Assembly: GCA_051362555.1 (NCBI GenBank)
Contig: CM120647.1
Location: 3,782,001 to 3,846,000 of the forward strand
DNA from: Lingula anatina
Lineage: Eukaryota; Animalia; Brachiopoda
Direction: 5' to 3'
Length of the DNA stretch: 64,000 bases
Below, piece after piece: positions 23,982 to 36,537 of the stretch. Each line of letters begins with the position of its first letter. The first letter of the stretch is position 1. A program made the position numbers and the translations under genes. The notes beneath the pieces are model-generated. The model searched no databases. It was given only the letters and a program-made list of their open reading frames with translations, and was not told where the DNA came from.

Positions 23982-25559
23982 ACTTCGTTGCCCCCCAGAT
24001 ACAGCACATACCGTGTATGTACAGGTATGTTTCCCCACTTTTTCACCTATACGTACTATATATGTACGATGTAAGTACGCGTGCCAAAACGTATGGGAAG
24101 CGCTGCGATGCAATAAGTCATTTAACAATGATATCAAAATGTAAACTATTGACAAAAAAGATTTATAACTAACGAGTTCTTATAATCCTATTAGATATGT
24201 AGAGGTTGAATGGAGGAGAGGAGGGAAGGCTATGTAGTACAAATCAATGGGAACCGGACTTTGCATATCTACTGTACCTAGGGTTTAACATATATTTTGA
24301 AGCCTAGTTTCAACACAATCTCGGACGTGTCACACCGGCTCTGACCGAGAAAATTTCCCAGAAAGCGCTATGCTGGATCGCTCTCCACAGAAAATTACCT
24401 CGACAGAAAGTATACCTAAATTTTCAAAGATAGACTAAATGTTTTTTCCTCGTCAAGGTTGCCAAAGAACATCAACAGGGTTGTTATGTTACACCTCTAT
24501 TTGTTTGATTGTTAGCTTGTTCATTACCAGTTTAAATATCAAAAATAGATTTTGATTAATTTTCATGTCGGGGCTGGGCTAACTTAAAATAATAAGATTT
24601 TGGTGCTGATCCTTAATTAATTAATTAACCACATAAGTAATCAGTTAATTATTTGTCTTGAAGTTGTTCTGTGTCCTCTCAGTGCTTTTATTATTAGTTT
24701 TATTTTATTATATTAATTTTTGTCGGTACCTCATTGACAAGTATTGTAGTTAACATAAAGGGAATCAGGTACACAGGCCTTTTTAACACAAGGTCACTGC
24801 TAGTTGCAACCATTATGAGGAAAGAAACTTAGCAGTTAAGTGTTATATCCCCGTGGGCTGTACGGTACTGCAGGTATGCCAGAAATAAAGACATTACCAT
24901 CTCGAGCGGACAAGGACTCAAAGTTAGGGGTAGTCTAAAAAACATGTACACGTATTTTCCTTTTTTCTGTGCTGTACATCCACCTTTGGGCACCGTGCCT
25001 CTTGGGGTCTATTAAAGATATTATTCTATACATAGCATTTTTGCACTGAGGAAGCCTCCTACTATTCATCTAAATACATATAACTTAGTGAGTAAGTTAA
25101 AAATGATATAATGATTATAGGTACTCTGTACCTTTTTTTAACCCTCTCCCCCCCCGAAGTTCTATTTTCTATGTCCATATATTCTAGAAGCTACTTTTTC
25201 CCAAATTTAAACCTTCAAATCTATACAACCCCTCATATAAAACTGACGCCAATGGTGCATTCCGAAATAAACGTGAAGACATGGCGTCCTAAATGAATTA
25301 TCGGTTATATAAGTGACTTAATTAAAATAGAATAAAATATCCAATTCAAGTGCAGAGATGGCTTGAGAAATGACGAGTGAGTAAGAGGAGATTGCTTTTT
25401 AGGAAAGTTCATTTTGGCTGGAGAATCCTGTAAAGATTGCATATAATTTAAATGACAATCATGTCGAGCACCAAGTCCTTTGAATGACAATTTTGCCATT
25501 CAAACGTATATTTGTTAAAAAGAAATAATCCAAGAAAAATTAGAATACCACAAAGAACA

Positions 25560-25565
25560 ATAAAA

Positions 25566-25607
<42 letters not shown>
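25560..25607. repeat. (TAAA)n microsatellite
   Basis: Tetranucleotide run. Confidence 0.9.
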
Positions 25608-25608
<1 letters not shown>

Positions 25609-27039
25609 CTATAGTTATAATGTCACCCACCTTTTTCTTTTAGTTAAACGTCAACAGTTTACAGCTCAAAATTGCGGTTCAGAGCGCAAGCGTCTGCAGC
25701 TAAGCAGGCACTGTATAATGCGTTTATCGTTCAGGTAACTACATAAGGCCGTAAACGGATAATTTATTTGAAGCAATAAAGATTAAAGTATCCTTCTAGT
25801 TTATTTATGATTCGCTAGAGGACCACTCACAGACAGGAGAGCTCCTCCCGTTATGGGGTAAATTTTTTTTCTAATCGGGACATTCTACCAACCGTCATTA
25901 TCATAAAACAATCTTTGTTTGAAGAAAAGGGATTATTTCGCATTTCTAAAGACAAAAAAGTTTTAAAGAAAAAATTATTTATCATTCTCCTAGTACGCTT
26001 ATGGTAGCTACCCCTTCTTTATACTTGTCACGTTGCAGCCACACGCATTTTGCAGGTCATACGTAAATAGTGTTTGTTCGATATTTTGTCTCCAATTAAA
26101 ACGCTGAATTGGGTCGTTCCGAAGGTTAAGTAACAATGCACATTGTTGTCCTTGTTTACATAAAGAACAACGGGTTTAACCTTCCTGGTTCACAAATGTA
26201 CAATTTAACTAAGCTGGTTAATATGTGACTCGTCCGCAAACATATTAAACAATTCTGCAGTACTACGCCCATTCTATAAAACCATGGTAAAGATTGTTAA
26301 GATTCTTTATGCCGTTTTGCTTTGTTGTTGGTTCTATTTTTCTCGCACTAAGTACCGTAAGTTATCTTAATTAACAGCCTTGATATACCTGATCACGTGG
26401 GGTTAAGCTACCAGCATTCGAGGCCCTCTTTTTGCAACCTTTAACTGTTTTCATATGTCAGTAGCTATACTTAAGGTGTCGCGGCAAGGTGTTTACTTTT
26501 TCTTCATAACAAAATAACCAGTTCAAAAAGCATTACATTTATCACTTTAACTCGGTTCTAATGTTTGAAACCAATGCATCCACAGTATATATTCCAGGCG
26601 ATACTTTCATTTATTTCTAAAATACGTTTACAGTTCGTTGTCAAAGAAAGTCTGTAATGCATTTCTGCCAGCCTGACCCTGCGCAGAAAGAAAAGAAACA
26701 AAACACAGCTAAGACCTTTGTTTAATCAAATAATGCATTTTTTCATATAAAAGAACGATATCCGAGACAAGAAATGACAGCTGATGATCAATAATGAAAT
26801 GAAGTGCATTGGCAGTTGTTATTATTAAATTTGTTGTTGGCATTTGATCTGTCATATTGTCAGCAATGCGTAGAATGAAAAAAAGCACTCTTGATCTATC
26901 AGTTAATGCACATAGAAATAAAACTATAAAACTTTATGATTTTTTACAACTGCAACTTATGATAAAAGCGAATATCTAAATTGTTCTTTTATTGATTTAT
27001 AACAGTATATATTTCAATTTACTGTGAATAAAATGCATA

Positions 27040-28400
27040 CACTCCAAACCTCAAGAAATAGGGACTCATCTAGGTGGATTCTTGTATTGCTGTGTTGTAG
27101 GCAAATACACAGCCCTCTAGGGTCTCGTCCCACCTTTTTGGGTCGTCGTATGACTTTGCCATACTATTTTAAATGGTTTGGTTGAATCTCTCTGTGTTTG
27201 AAGAGCAATAAAGACAAATTTACTAAGAAAAAAAAATAAAACACTGTAAAGGTGTAAATAAAAAGGCGAATTTGAAAAAAATATGTTACTTTTACTATGT
27301 ATTTGCGTTAAAATTCGAACTGGTACTAATAGGGAAATTTCAAAATTGATTAAATAATAAAAATATCGTCTATTTAGTTGGAATGAGGCAGATCGACTCA
27401 CCAGTTAAGGCGTTTGACTGTGGTTGATATGGGAAGGTTACTTGCCTTCTTGTTTTAGTTGTTTTACAAATCTCATCAATAAGGGGGTTGTTGAATTCCA
27501 GCCCCTGGTCAGAGATGATCACACTCGGTAATCCAAATCTAAATCAGGTAATTAAAAGCATTACGAAATAAAATGTAAGATAACATTAAATGTGTTATCT
27601 CACTGTGTTATTTAATAATGACGAGATACATTAATAATGGTTCATAGGCAAAATACGTTTTAGCACTATAGAATAAAACACTTACATCATCATGAGCTCA
27701 AGGAGGTATGAAGCCAATTCAGTGGCTCATTTGCTCCTAAGGGGTTTTGCCGAAGCATGTTTTGCCAAATAGCACAACACTGAACAGAAGTACTTGTTTC
27801 TATTGTACGATTCTTTTATTGCCACAAGGTCAATTCCAATCTGTAATAGATATTTTATAATAACATAAAAATAAAGTAGTATCTGTGTTAAGGGAAAAAG
27901 GCATTGTGGGTGCATTAAATTTTGGCCTGTTATATACAATAATTGATGGATAACCATTCTATAATTTTTATTAAACATTTTTTACATATTTTTAATGTGT
28001 AATTATTAAAAAGGGGTAACTACCTTGCTTCATGGCTTATATATACAATTAGACACTGGTACTGGGTGGAGAGGAGGGGAGGTGTTCTTAGCTTTTGGAT
28101 TTTGCATTTGACATCTATGGCACCTAGCTATGTATTTTTTTACATCATCTGACATGCGATGCCAAAGAAACGTTGCTGCAATTTGAGGAGAGTCTTTGTG
28201 ACTCCCATGTGACCACCACATTAAAACGGTAAAAGAGACATGAAAGAAAATGCAAAATACAAAGGCATATAATGCCAAACAAATGATATAAAAAATATGA
28301 TAAGTCTGCACATAAGTTGCGCCCTTACTTTCGTAATGCATTTGCTTTATTATTGTGTGCTTCTCCTCAGAATTTTCCACAACTTTCCGCCATCCGCAGT
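27040..28400 (-). pseudogene. Intron-containing gypsy-type integrase (Ginger/GIN-like transposase) pseudogene
   Basis: Exons ~28024-28222, 27686-27840, 27402-27538 and ~27040-27191, joined by in-phase GT-AG introns. GHMG..CHRC..P*SK|IGIDLV..FGLPSVIISDQGLEF..PYQPQSNALT|ERFNQTI..FAYNTA. Several stops and frameshifts. Confidence 0.8.
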
Positions 28401-31269
28401 ATACTGTGTGCTCCATTAAAGGACAATGGTCATATAAAAATCCATTTCTCGAATTTTGAAGATTCAACACTCAATCTATACACAAGAGGTATGTTTTTAT
28501 CGATCCCCGCCATTTAAAAATTATAAAAACAAGCTATTAGTAGTAAAAAAGCGTTTTAGTAAACCTCACCTCAATATGCATAAATGAAGCAACAGATCTG
28601 GGTCACGCGGTACTGTGACGACAATTGGGATAAAGGTCTATGAGACTCAACTGAGCTGCATGGTGCAAACAGACAGAATAATTTTGGAAAGTTGTGTTGA
28701 ACGGAGTTGAGCAATTTTCTTTATGCCTCAGTGTGTTGCTGTGGGATTCACCAAAATTGCAGCACTCCTTGACTATCTTTCTATATCTGTGACGGTCTTC
28801 CGTGACTAACTTACTAACTTCGGTGACAATAGTTGCGATCCTCGCGATCTCGGTCACCTCAGGTGATTTAGATCATATCAAAAGCTGATAGTCTTTAAGA
28901 TACTGTCATCAGTTGGCAAGCTTACTAATTGCTGATGCATTTTTAAATTCATTGTAGTTGACCAAGAGCTCGTTAACAATAAAACATGTTAATTATGCAC
29001 CGCTGCAATTCCCAAGCCAGGTAATAACAGGTATGAAACTCGTCCTGGTGGGCTTTCATATTTTTTCAATATATCTCATTTATTTCATGGGGTTGTTTTA
29101 TTGGTATTTGTAAATGACGTTAAATATCAATACTTAAACAATTAAGTTCAAACACGGTCGCGAACATTAATAAAATAAATTGCTCTCAGGGTATCTTGAA
29201 GCTTCCGTGGAAGAAAACGTGTTGAGAAAAAACAGGAAAAAGAGCGTTATATTAAAGAAAAAATGGGAACTGCTGTAATAAAATGGTTCGTTATCCTAAT
29301 TCGTTTATGCTTTGAGGGTTTGTTTCTGAAGATTATTTCATCTGAAATATTAAATAATTTAAAAGATTGATTATTTTATAACTTGAAACGCAAATTCTGC
29401 GTCAGTACGCAATTTTTTTTTTGCAAATTTGTAAGCTTATAACACCGTGCTATAAAGATCTACTCAAGAAAAAAAATTGCTTGGGTAAAATTGAGTACGG
29501 AATGAACTGGAGACACTTGGCTTGTCATTAAGTTTACACGAAAATATGTCAGGTAACTTTATACTGTCTTTGAAAGAGTAAAGATTGAAAGATAATTTTA
29601 GACAAACTTTGACGGGGGAAATACCTACAAAGAGTAATGGGCTATTTCGCCAACATCTTGTTGAAAATTTTACACCGCAATTCTATTCAAATAAGCTAAG
29701 GAACTAATTGCCAAATTTATACTCTCATCACATAACAGGGGGGTAACCAGACCTGCAAAAATTGTACGCACATATTTAAAAAAATTACAAGCACATACAG
29801 CAAAATGTAGACTTACGCAAAACATGAAGGACAGCGTAATCACAGCAAATGTACCTCATATAGTAGCTTAATTTCCATTAATAATAAAATCATCATTTAA
29901 GTCAAAAATATTCTCGCGATTTAATAACTATTTTAATTTACCCAGAACGGTATATCTATTTTAAAGGCGGTTAACTGAAATATAGTTTTATGATTTGTTT
30001 GTGAAAATTGCCCATGTCACCCTGTTAGTTTGGAGGTCTAAGCTGGATCAAGTCCGTGTTAAATTCCTATGAAGTTGTGCAGGAAAAATTCTTCCTTTCT
30101 TTCTCTAGCTCCTCGATAAACCTGGTGTTCAGATTTTATCTAGTGCCCCCAGGTCTACGGGAGCTGCGCTTTGTAACTAACGCACAAGTAGATTTTTACC
30201 TGAGATAACTGGAGTAAAGCTTAGATAGAGAGTTCGATACAAGCAAGACAAATTGAATGCCATTTAACCCTCTAATTAAGAGGTAAAGGAAGTTCCAGTT
30301 AGATGGATGATTAAGATAGGACTTGTAAAGGTAACGGGCATTGTTTACCTCAGTTTAATAAAAGTATGCAAGACGGAGTGTCAGCGGTTTAATAAAATAA
30401 ATTGAATTTCACAAATAACATGGACCTCATATACATTCAAATGCAGTGTTTTATACAACTTGGGATAACCATAATGAAATGCTTGTTAAAGAAATGACTA
30501 GACGGGAAATGGTTTTACACAGCTTCACGAAGATTTAGACCCCTCGGGTAAGAGATTTGAATGAGTATAAACTTTTATCAGAAGCCAGAGAAGTCATCTT
30601 ACAGGTAGACAATGCAGCTCAGTTTGACAGCTAAGCACGCTCTGTTCTCCAGTGGCTCGATTGTCGTCATCGGACCACGTGACCACGTAGCTCATTAACT
30701 CCCAGGCCGAGCAAATAGGACGTTTTTTAAAGCCAAAAATTTACAAAATGAGCTTTTAATTTGTGTATTTGGATAAATATATCGTTAGTTGGGCATGTTT
30801 TCTGAAGAATATGTTCCGTTGAAGCCATTCTGACGGTATGAAGCAAATCCTTTAAATAGAGAGAAAAAGTTGATACGAAATGAAAAAAATATGCTTCTAT
30901 TATCATGCAGTTACAGTGTCTTAATATAATCTCAAATGTAATCAATATATACTGCTGCACTCGCTTTTTAGATTGAGCTATATATTAACGTTCTATATTC
31001 GCTTATTCTATACAGTAATTGAAAGATACATGTATCTGCATAAAGCTCGCCATTTTGCTTTTTATTTAACAATTACATATAAACGATGTTTAGCGCATAA
31101 GCTGTATTTTTTTGATGATGCGTCATAACTTAGCACAAAACAAGTGTTATTTTTTATTTGAATAAATTCAGAACTTTCCACCTCAACTCTAACCGTCTCG
31201 TCAATAGAAGGAGCGTCAACGTTGGCGTTGTTCCATCTTTTCAAGGATGGGGATGTTCCTCTTATTTAA

Positions 31270-33438
31270 CCCTCAATCACCTTTCAGGGGCCTCGCAGGC
31301 CCGGACCCATGTATCTTTTGCTCTCTCTTCATTAGCATGAGGTTTTGAGCCTGTTCCTTTCATGTAATCCTCAAGCAACTTATACCCCATCAATGGATGA
31401 ATAATTAGTTTTGAAATAATTTACAACATATGTAGAAATTAACTTTTCCAAAAGTTAGTCCCATTTCCTGGAAACCGGGCCTCTGAGGCCCGGTCGCTTG
31501 ATAATTTTACTTCCACATGGGATAAATAAGTCCATGTTACCTCAAATATCTTTGCTATAAAATGTTTTACACAAGCAATATCATGAGTGCTATGACTATC
31601 AGTATGGTCAATGAAATCTGCCTGTGAAAGATTCAAGACCTGGAGAAATTATTATTTATGAGTAATCGATCACCTTGCATGGTCACCTGATATGCAGATA
31701 TCAGTTTAAATCTATCATTATTACATACCTGACAGACTGCGCTACCTTTGCGAAACTTTCCATTTTGAGAAAAAAAAATGTTTTTCCGCATTTTCCATAC
31801 ACAGTGTATACTCATGCACCCAGGTGGAGGTAAAGCGAGCAAGGGACTGGTGTAACATGAAAATCTGACTCCCCCAGTCAGATTTTCATAATGAAAATCT
31901 GACTCCCCATGAAAATTTGATTCCCCCTCCACAAATGTTCATAAATCTTACTTTATTTGAGTATATGACTGTGATATTGTAGTATGTAAAATGGAGGATA
32001 CTTTGGCTTTTTTTTTTTTAAGTTTGCAGGTGAATATTTTCATGAAAAAAATATGAAAATTAAAAATGTGCACTTAACCGCCCATTGTCTCCCCTTTGAA
32101 AAAGCTATTTATTTGATATTGGATGATCATTTCTACATCTTTCCTTTAAATTTACTTTATGAAGATTATATTGGAAATATTTGAAAGTTTGATGGTAAAC
32201 TATTGGGTGAAAAAACTAAAAAAAAACATGAAAAATAGAAAATTAAAAATGTGCATTTTATCACCCAATAACTCCCCTATGAAAAAGCTATTTATTTGAT
32301 ATTTGATGATCATTCTGACATCTTTTCTATTAGGATACTTTATGAAAAATATATTGGAAATATTTAAAAGTTTGATGATTAAATAGTGAGTGAAAGAATG
32401 AAAAATAAATCATGAAAATCTTCATTTTTATACCCATGAGACTTGGATTCCCATAAAGAAAAGGACCTATTTTATATTCAGTCACCATACCATTGTTTTT
32501 CTACATAGTTTGCACAGAGATGTACTTTTTGTTATTATTTGAAGGTTTGGTGGTGAAAATTTTGGTGAATATTTTTAAAACAAGTATTCATCTTACTACC
32601 TGTAGGTTTTGCACTTCCATGTCAAAATGCTACCTTTTTTCCTCGGGAAATTGGCCCCATCGCCTTTTTACTGAATTCTTCTTATATAGCATACCCAGTA
32701 TTTTACCATTCAAACTTTCAAATATTTCCAATATATTCTTCATTAAGTATCCTTAAAGAAAAGATGTCAGAATGATCATCAAATATCAAATAGATAGCCT
32801 TTTCATAGGGGAGTCATTGGGTGTTAGAATACAAATCTTTAATTTTTCTTATTTTTCATGTGTTTTTTTATTATTTTTTTCACCCAATTTTTTAACCATC
32901 AAACTTTCAAGTACTTTCAATATATTCCTCATAAAGTATCCTCAAAGAAAAGATGTCAGAATGGTCATCAAACATCAAATAAATAGCTTTTTCATAGGGG
33001 GGTCATTGGGTGTGAGAATAAAAATCTTTAATTTTTCTTATTTTTTAATGTTTTTTTATTATTATTTTTTTTCACCCAATTTTTTAACCATTTAACTTTC
33101 AAGTACTTTCAATATATTCCTCATAAAGTATCCTCAAAGAAAAGATGTTGAAATTGTCATCAAATGTCAAGTAAATAGCTTTTTCTTAGGGGAGTCCTTG
33201 GGTGGTAAAATACAAATCTTTAATTTTTCTTTATTTTTTCATGAAAATTTTTACCTGCAAACTAACAAAAAGTGCCAATGTGTCCTCCATTATGCATACT
33301 ACAATATCATAGTCATTAACTCAAATTAAATTAGATTTTTGAATGTTTTTTGGGGGGAGTCAAATTTACATGGTACACCGGGCCTCTGAGGCCCGGTTTC
33401 AGGGTTTACGTAGGGTTCCATTTCCTTGTGGATGAGGG
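31270..33438. mobile_element. Non-autonomous piggyBac-like element
   Basis: TTAA|CCCTCA..TGAGGG|TTAA termini. Subterminal palindrome ccgggcctctgaggcccgg near both ends. No ORF. Confidence 0.6.
31851..33377. mobile_element. Foldback / non-autonomous Ginger-like element nested in the piggyBac-like element
   Basis: TGT..ACA ends (tgtaacatgaaaatctgactcccc vs tgtaccatgtaaatttgactcccc). Long imperfect inverted arms containing ~180-bp subrepeats. TSD CTGG/CCGG. Confidence 0.7.
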
Positions 33439-33666
33439 TTAAAGAGTTAAGACTATTTCCATTCGATATTTCATGCGTTTGTCAACCACCAGAGAAGAAA
33501 ATATTAATCCCCTGTAAAACTGAAAAAGAAATCTGTCCCTAATTCAATTATCTATATCCGCCACACGTACGTGTCATCTATCGGCAGGACGTTAACGTAG
33601 AGGTCGGACCGTCTGGGTTTCTTCAGTATGTGTTTTATTGTAGACTCATCGTCTTTCGTTTTCTAG

Positions 33667-33740
33667 GAGCCACATTAGCTTGACAGTCGGTGACAACGTC
33701 CTGAGCAGAGAAAACACGATGACAAGGAAAGAATCTGACG
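33667..33740 (+). CDS. KCNQ1: KCNQ channel linker exon preceding helix B
   Basis: ttctag|..gacg|gtaggg. Encodes SHISLTVGDNVLSRENTMTRKESD, in phase with the next exon. Confidence 0.6.
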
Positions 33741-34309
33741 GTAGGGATCACATTAAAACCATTATTTTGATTCCCTGTTACAGTGGGATTACGACCTCTC
33801 AAAAGAGTGGTTTAATATTCGTCTTTCAAGCGGTCGCAAGGCATATGTGACAGAAATGGCAGTCAGCTAGGAACCGTAGCCCGTTCCCAGTTACTTTTTA
33901 TAGGCAACATTCGTCCCATATACTGCACTCCCAATACTCCAACTAACCCTTACCTTAACTTATCATATGGGACCCTGCACTTCCATTCCTAGGATTACCA
34001 TTCCTGTCACACAGGTGTAGGCTTTATAGTAATACGGAAAATGTAATTTAGAATTTAGGGTCGTTTCATATATTATTACTGGAAAGAACTTACCTGTTCG
34101 CCCCTCCCCCCCCCCCCAGCACACACGCACACAATATGTTTTGAAGACAATGCAATAAACAGGCGTCGGATACGTTATTTCCCCTTTCACTATTATTGCG
34201 AAGATTAAACGCAGCTAAGGGAAGTGTAATTACCTGTACGAAGTATCGACCGAGATTGAGAGAAAAATTGTCTTAGCTTAATTAAAAAGTACTTTTGCAG
34301 GAAATAAAA

Positions 34310-34470
34310 ACCAAGAGATAGCTTGCTAAACTTTTTTTCTAAAATTCTAATATCATTCCCATATGGCTGAATGGAAAGAAGTACTTTTATTGGAATGAAA
34401 ACCAAGAGAGAGCTTGCTTAACTTTTTTCTAAAATTCTAACATCATTCCCATATGACTGAATTAAAAGAA
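34310..34470. repeat. Intronic tandem duplication, period about 92 bp
   Basis: accaagaga(t/g)agcttgct..ctaaaattctaa..cattcccatatg occurs twice. Confidence 0.8.
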
Positions 34471-34521
34471 AAATATCTTATAGAAATGACATTGAATTCT
34501 TATTTCATACCCATATTTCAG

Positions 34522-34726
34522 AGGATTTATTAGAAAGCACGGGACAAATCACCGAGTTGACAGAAGTCCACAAACGCGCCATCCGTGCTATCCGGAAAAT
34601 CAAATACTTCGTCGCCAGGCGGAAGTTTAAAGAGGCGCTCAGGCCGTATGACGTCAAGGATGTCATCGAGCAGTATTCGGTGGGGCACGCCGACATGCTG
34701 GGCAGGATCAAAACTCTGCAGGGAAG
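34522..34726 (+). CDS. KCNQ1: KCNQ (Kv7) C-terminal helix B/C exon
   Basis: [57 protein letters not shown], the canonical KCNQ signature. Subtype assignment is tentative. Confidence 0.95.
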
Positions 34727-34955
34727 GTAGGTGGCGATTGTGATAGGTGAGACAGTGTTCACTGGGTATCAACATGACACATTCACATAGATGTTGGTTC
34801 AGCTCAGAATTTCGGAAGTCTTTTGCTAAATATGTGAAAAGTCAGAAAAGTCAAAGACGTTGTGGAAAGTCACCGTGATGCACATTTTAAAACAAGGGTC
34901 ATAAGATAATGATGCTGGTCCATAATATCAATTAGGGCCAATTTACGTCTTCCAG

Positions 34956-35052
34956 ATTAGACACTATACTCGGCAAGCAGGGATCAAAGGCAAAGGACGT
35001 TTATGAATCCAAGTTTAGCCTGGCCTCCAGGGTTGTTAAAATAGAGAGACAG
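34956..35052 (+). CDS. KCNQ1: KCNQ helix C-D exon
   Basis: tccag|..cag|gtatg. Encodes LDTILGKQGSKAKDVYESKFSLASRVVKIERQ. Confidence 0.92.
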
Positions 35053-35634
35053 GTATGCTATGCTATATGAATAATATAAGATAATGTAATAATTGAGTAT
35101 TAAATTGTCCATTTATTGGTTGCACGAAAGACCGGAACGTAAGTCAATTAATAGTTAATTTTCAGAAGATGTGTTTCTTTTTATCCTTAACTTATTATGG
35201 ATCCTGGTTATCAAATAATTTACACAAGGCCATGTGTAAAATAAATGTATTCACGTAACATGTTTTACCCTCTTTGAATAAAGTTTATTATTATTATTTA
35301 TTAACATAAAATACAATATGGAAATCGAAACGTTAAATTTAGTATTAAGCCATATGTGGCGTCACATGAGTTTGGGTGTTACTACATGTATGTGATATAT
35401 TAACGCTGTTTAATTCGTTATTTTTCAAGTTTTTAAATTTTAATTTCGTTTAACAAACAGGTTCGTATCAGTTATAAATAAAATGTTTTTTATTTTCATC
35501 ATTTATATAAAATTGTACATTCTATCTTTAATAGCACACGGTCCAACAATTGTTTATGGCTAATAAATGTTAGTAAAAGTAAATTAAAACTTCCACGACT
35601 GATTTACATGTACTTTTGTGTTTGAATTCTCTAG

Positions 35635-36537
35635 GTTGATGATATAGAATCTAAACTGGACCAACTCATAGAGATGTACGAGAGCGACAGGACGTGTCAG
35701 CAAGGAAAGCCGTCATGCGGAGGATGCCCCTCTCCAAACAGCCCGCGCCCTGTCCCTCCCGCACCCCCGCCCTCCCCGCGGTCACCCCCGACACGGAACG
35801 GGGCGACATCTAACGGCGAGGTTAAGCTCAAGTCAATTTTAGTCGATAAAGATAAGCAGACTAAAGACAGGTTAACAGTTCAAAATCACCATGGCAACCC
35901 AGGGAGGAATCCCAAAAGACCAATGCAAAAACATTTGTCGGATTTAGGACCCAGATACAAAAAGAGAGTGACGCTTGTTCATAACGGATCCGAGTCCTCA
36001 ATGGCCGAGGAAGCGGCGGTAACGGAAAAGGCCGAACCTATCCGGAGGACGACGAGTTTGCCAGCGACGTCAAACGCACGTGATCTGTCAATGGAAATGA
36101 TGATGGACTTCAAGGGGTCTGAAAAACGGAACTCCCTGCCGGGGCCCCAGCAGCATAGTCATCTTCCTAGCGTGGATATTGTGAAAGAGAACTTTAAAGG
36201 GAATAACCCCCATCGCGTTTCTACCAACTCCATTTCAAATAATCACCTAGGAAAACAAAAACGAATGAATAGTGTTCTTGTGGAGATGGAGGAAGAAATC
36301 GAACCATGTGAAACTGACAAGTTACTAAGTGACCCGGATGTAGATAATTCTTTCGATAGCCCTAGAAATGACGATGTCGTTTTACAAATGACCGAAAGTG
36401 ATTCGGACAATGGATTGACGTTTTCATTTAATGGTTCAAACGATACAAGAATTAGTTCTTCGCTTCCAAACCATTTACCAGAGTCTGAACCCCTTCTTCA
36501 AGGTTCCGATGAGATAGACGTGAAGATTCTAGTATAA
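35635..36537 (+). CDS. KCNQ1: KCNQ terminal exon: helix D coiled coil plus long disordered tail
   Basis: ctctag|VDDIESKLDQLIEMY.., continuing into ORF 35674-36537 and ending ..VKILV*. Confidence 0.9.
   Translation, partial: VDDIESKLDQLIEMYESDRTCQQGKPSCGGCPSPNSPRPVPPAPPPSPRSPPTRNGATSNGEVKLKSILVDKDKQTKDRLTVQNHHGNPGRNPKRPMQKHLSDLGPRYKKRVTLVHNGSESSMAEEAAVTEKAEPIRRTTSLPATSNARDLSMEMMMDFKGSEKRNSLPGPQQHSHLPSVDIVKENFKGNNPHRVSTNSISNNHLGKQKRMNSVLVEMEEEIEPCETDKLLSDPDVDNSFDSPRNDDVVLQMTESDSDNGLTFSFNGSNDTRISSSLPNHLPESEPLLQGSDEIDVKILV

Noticed and set aside
29188-30720. Candidate upstream KCNQ exons
   Set aside because: AG-preceded segments reach stops before a donor and lack KCNQ motifs.
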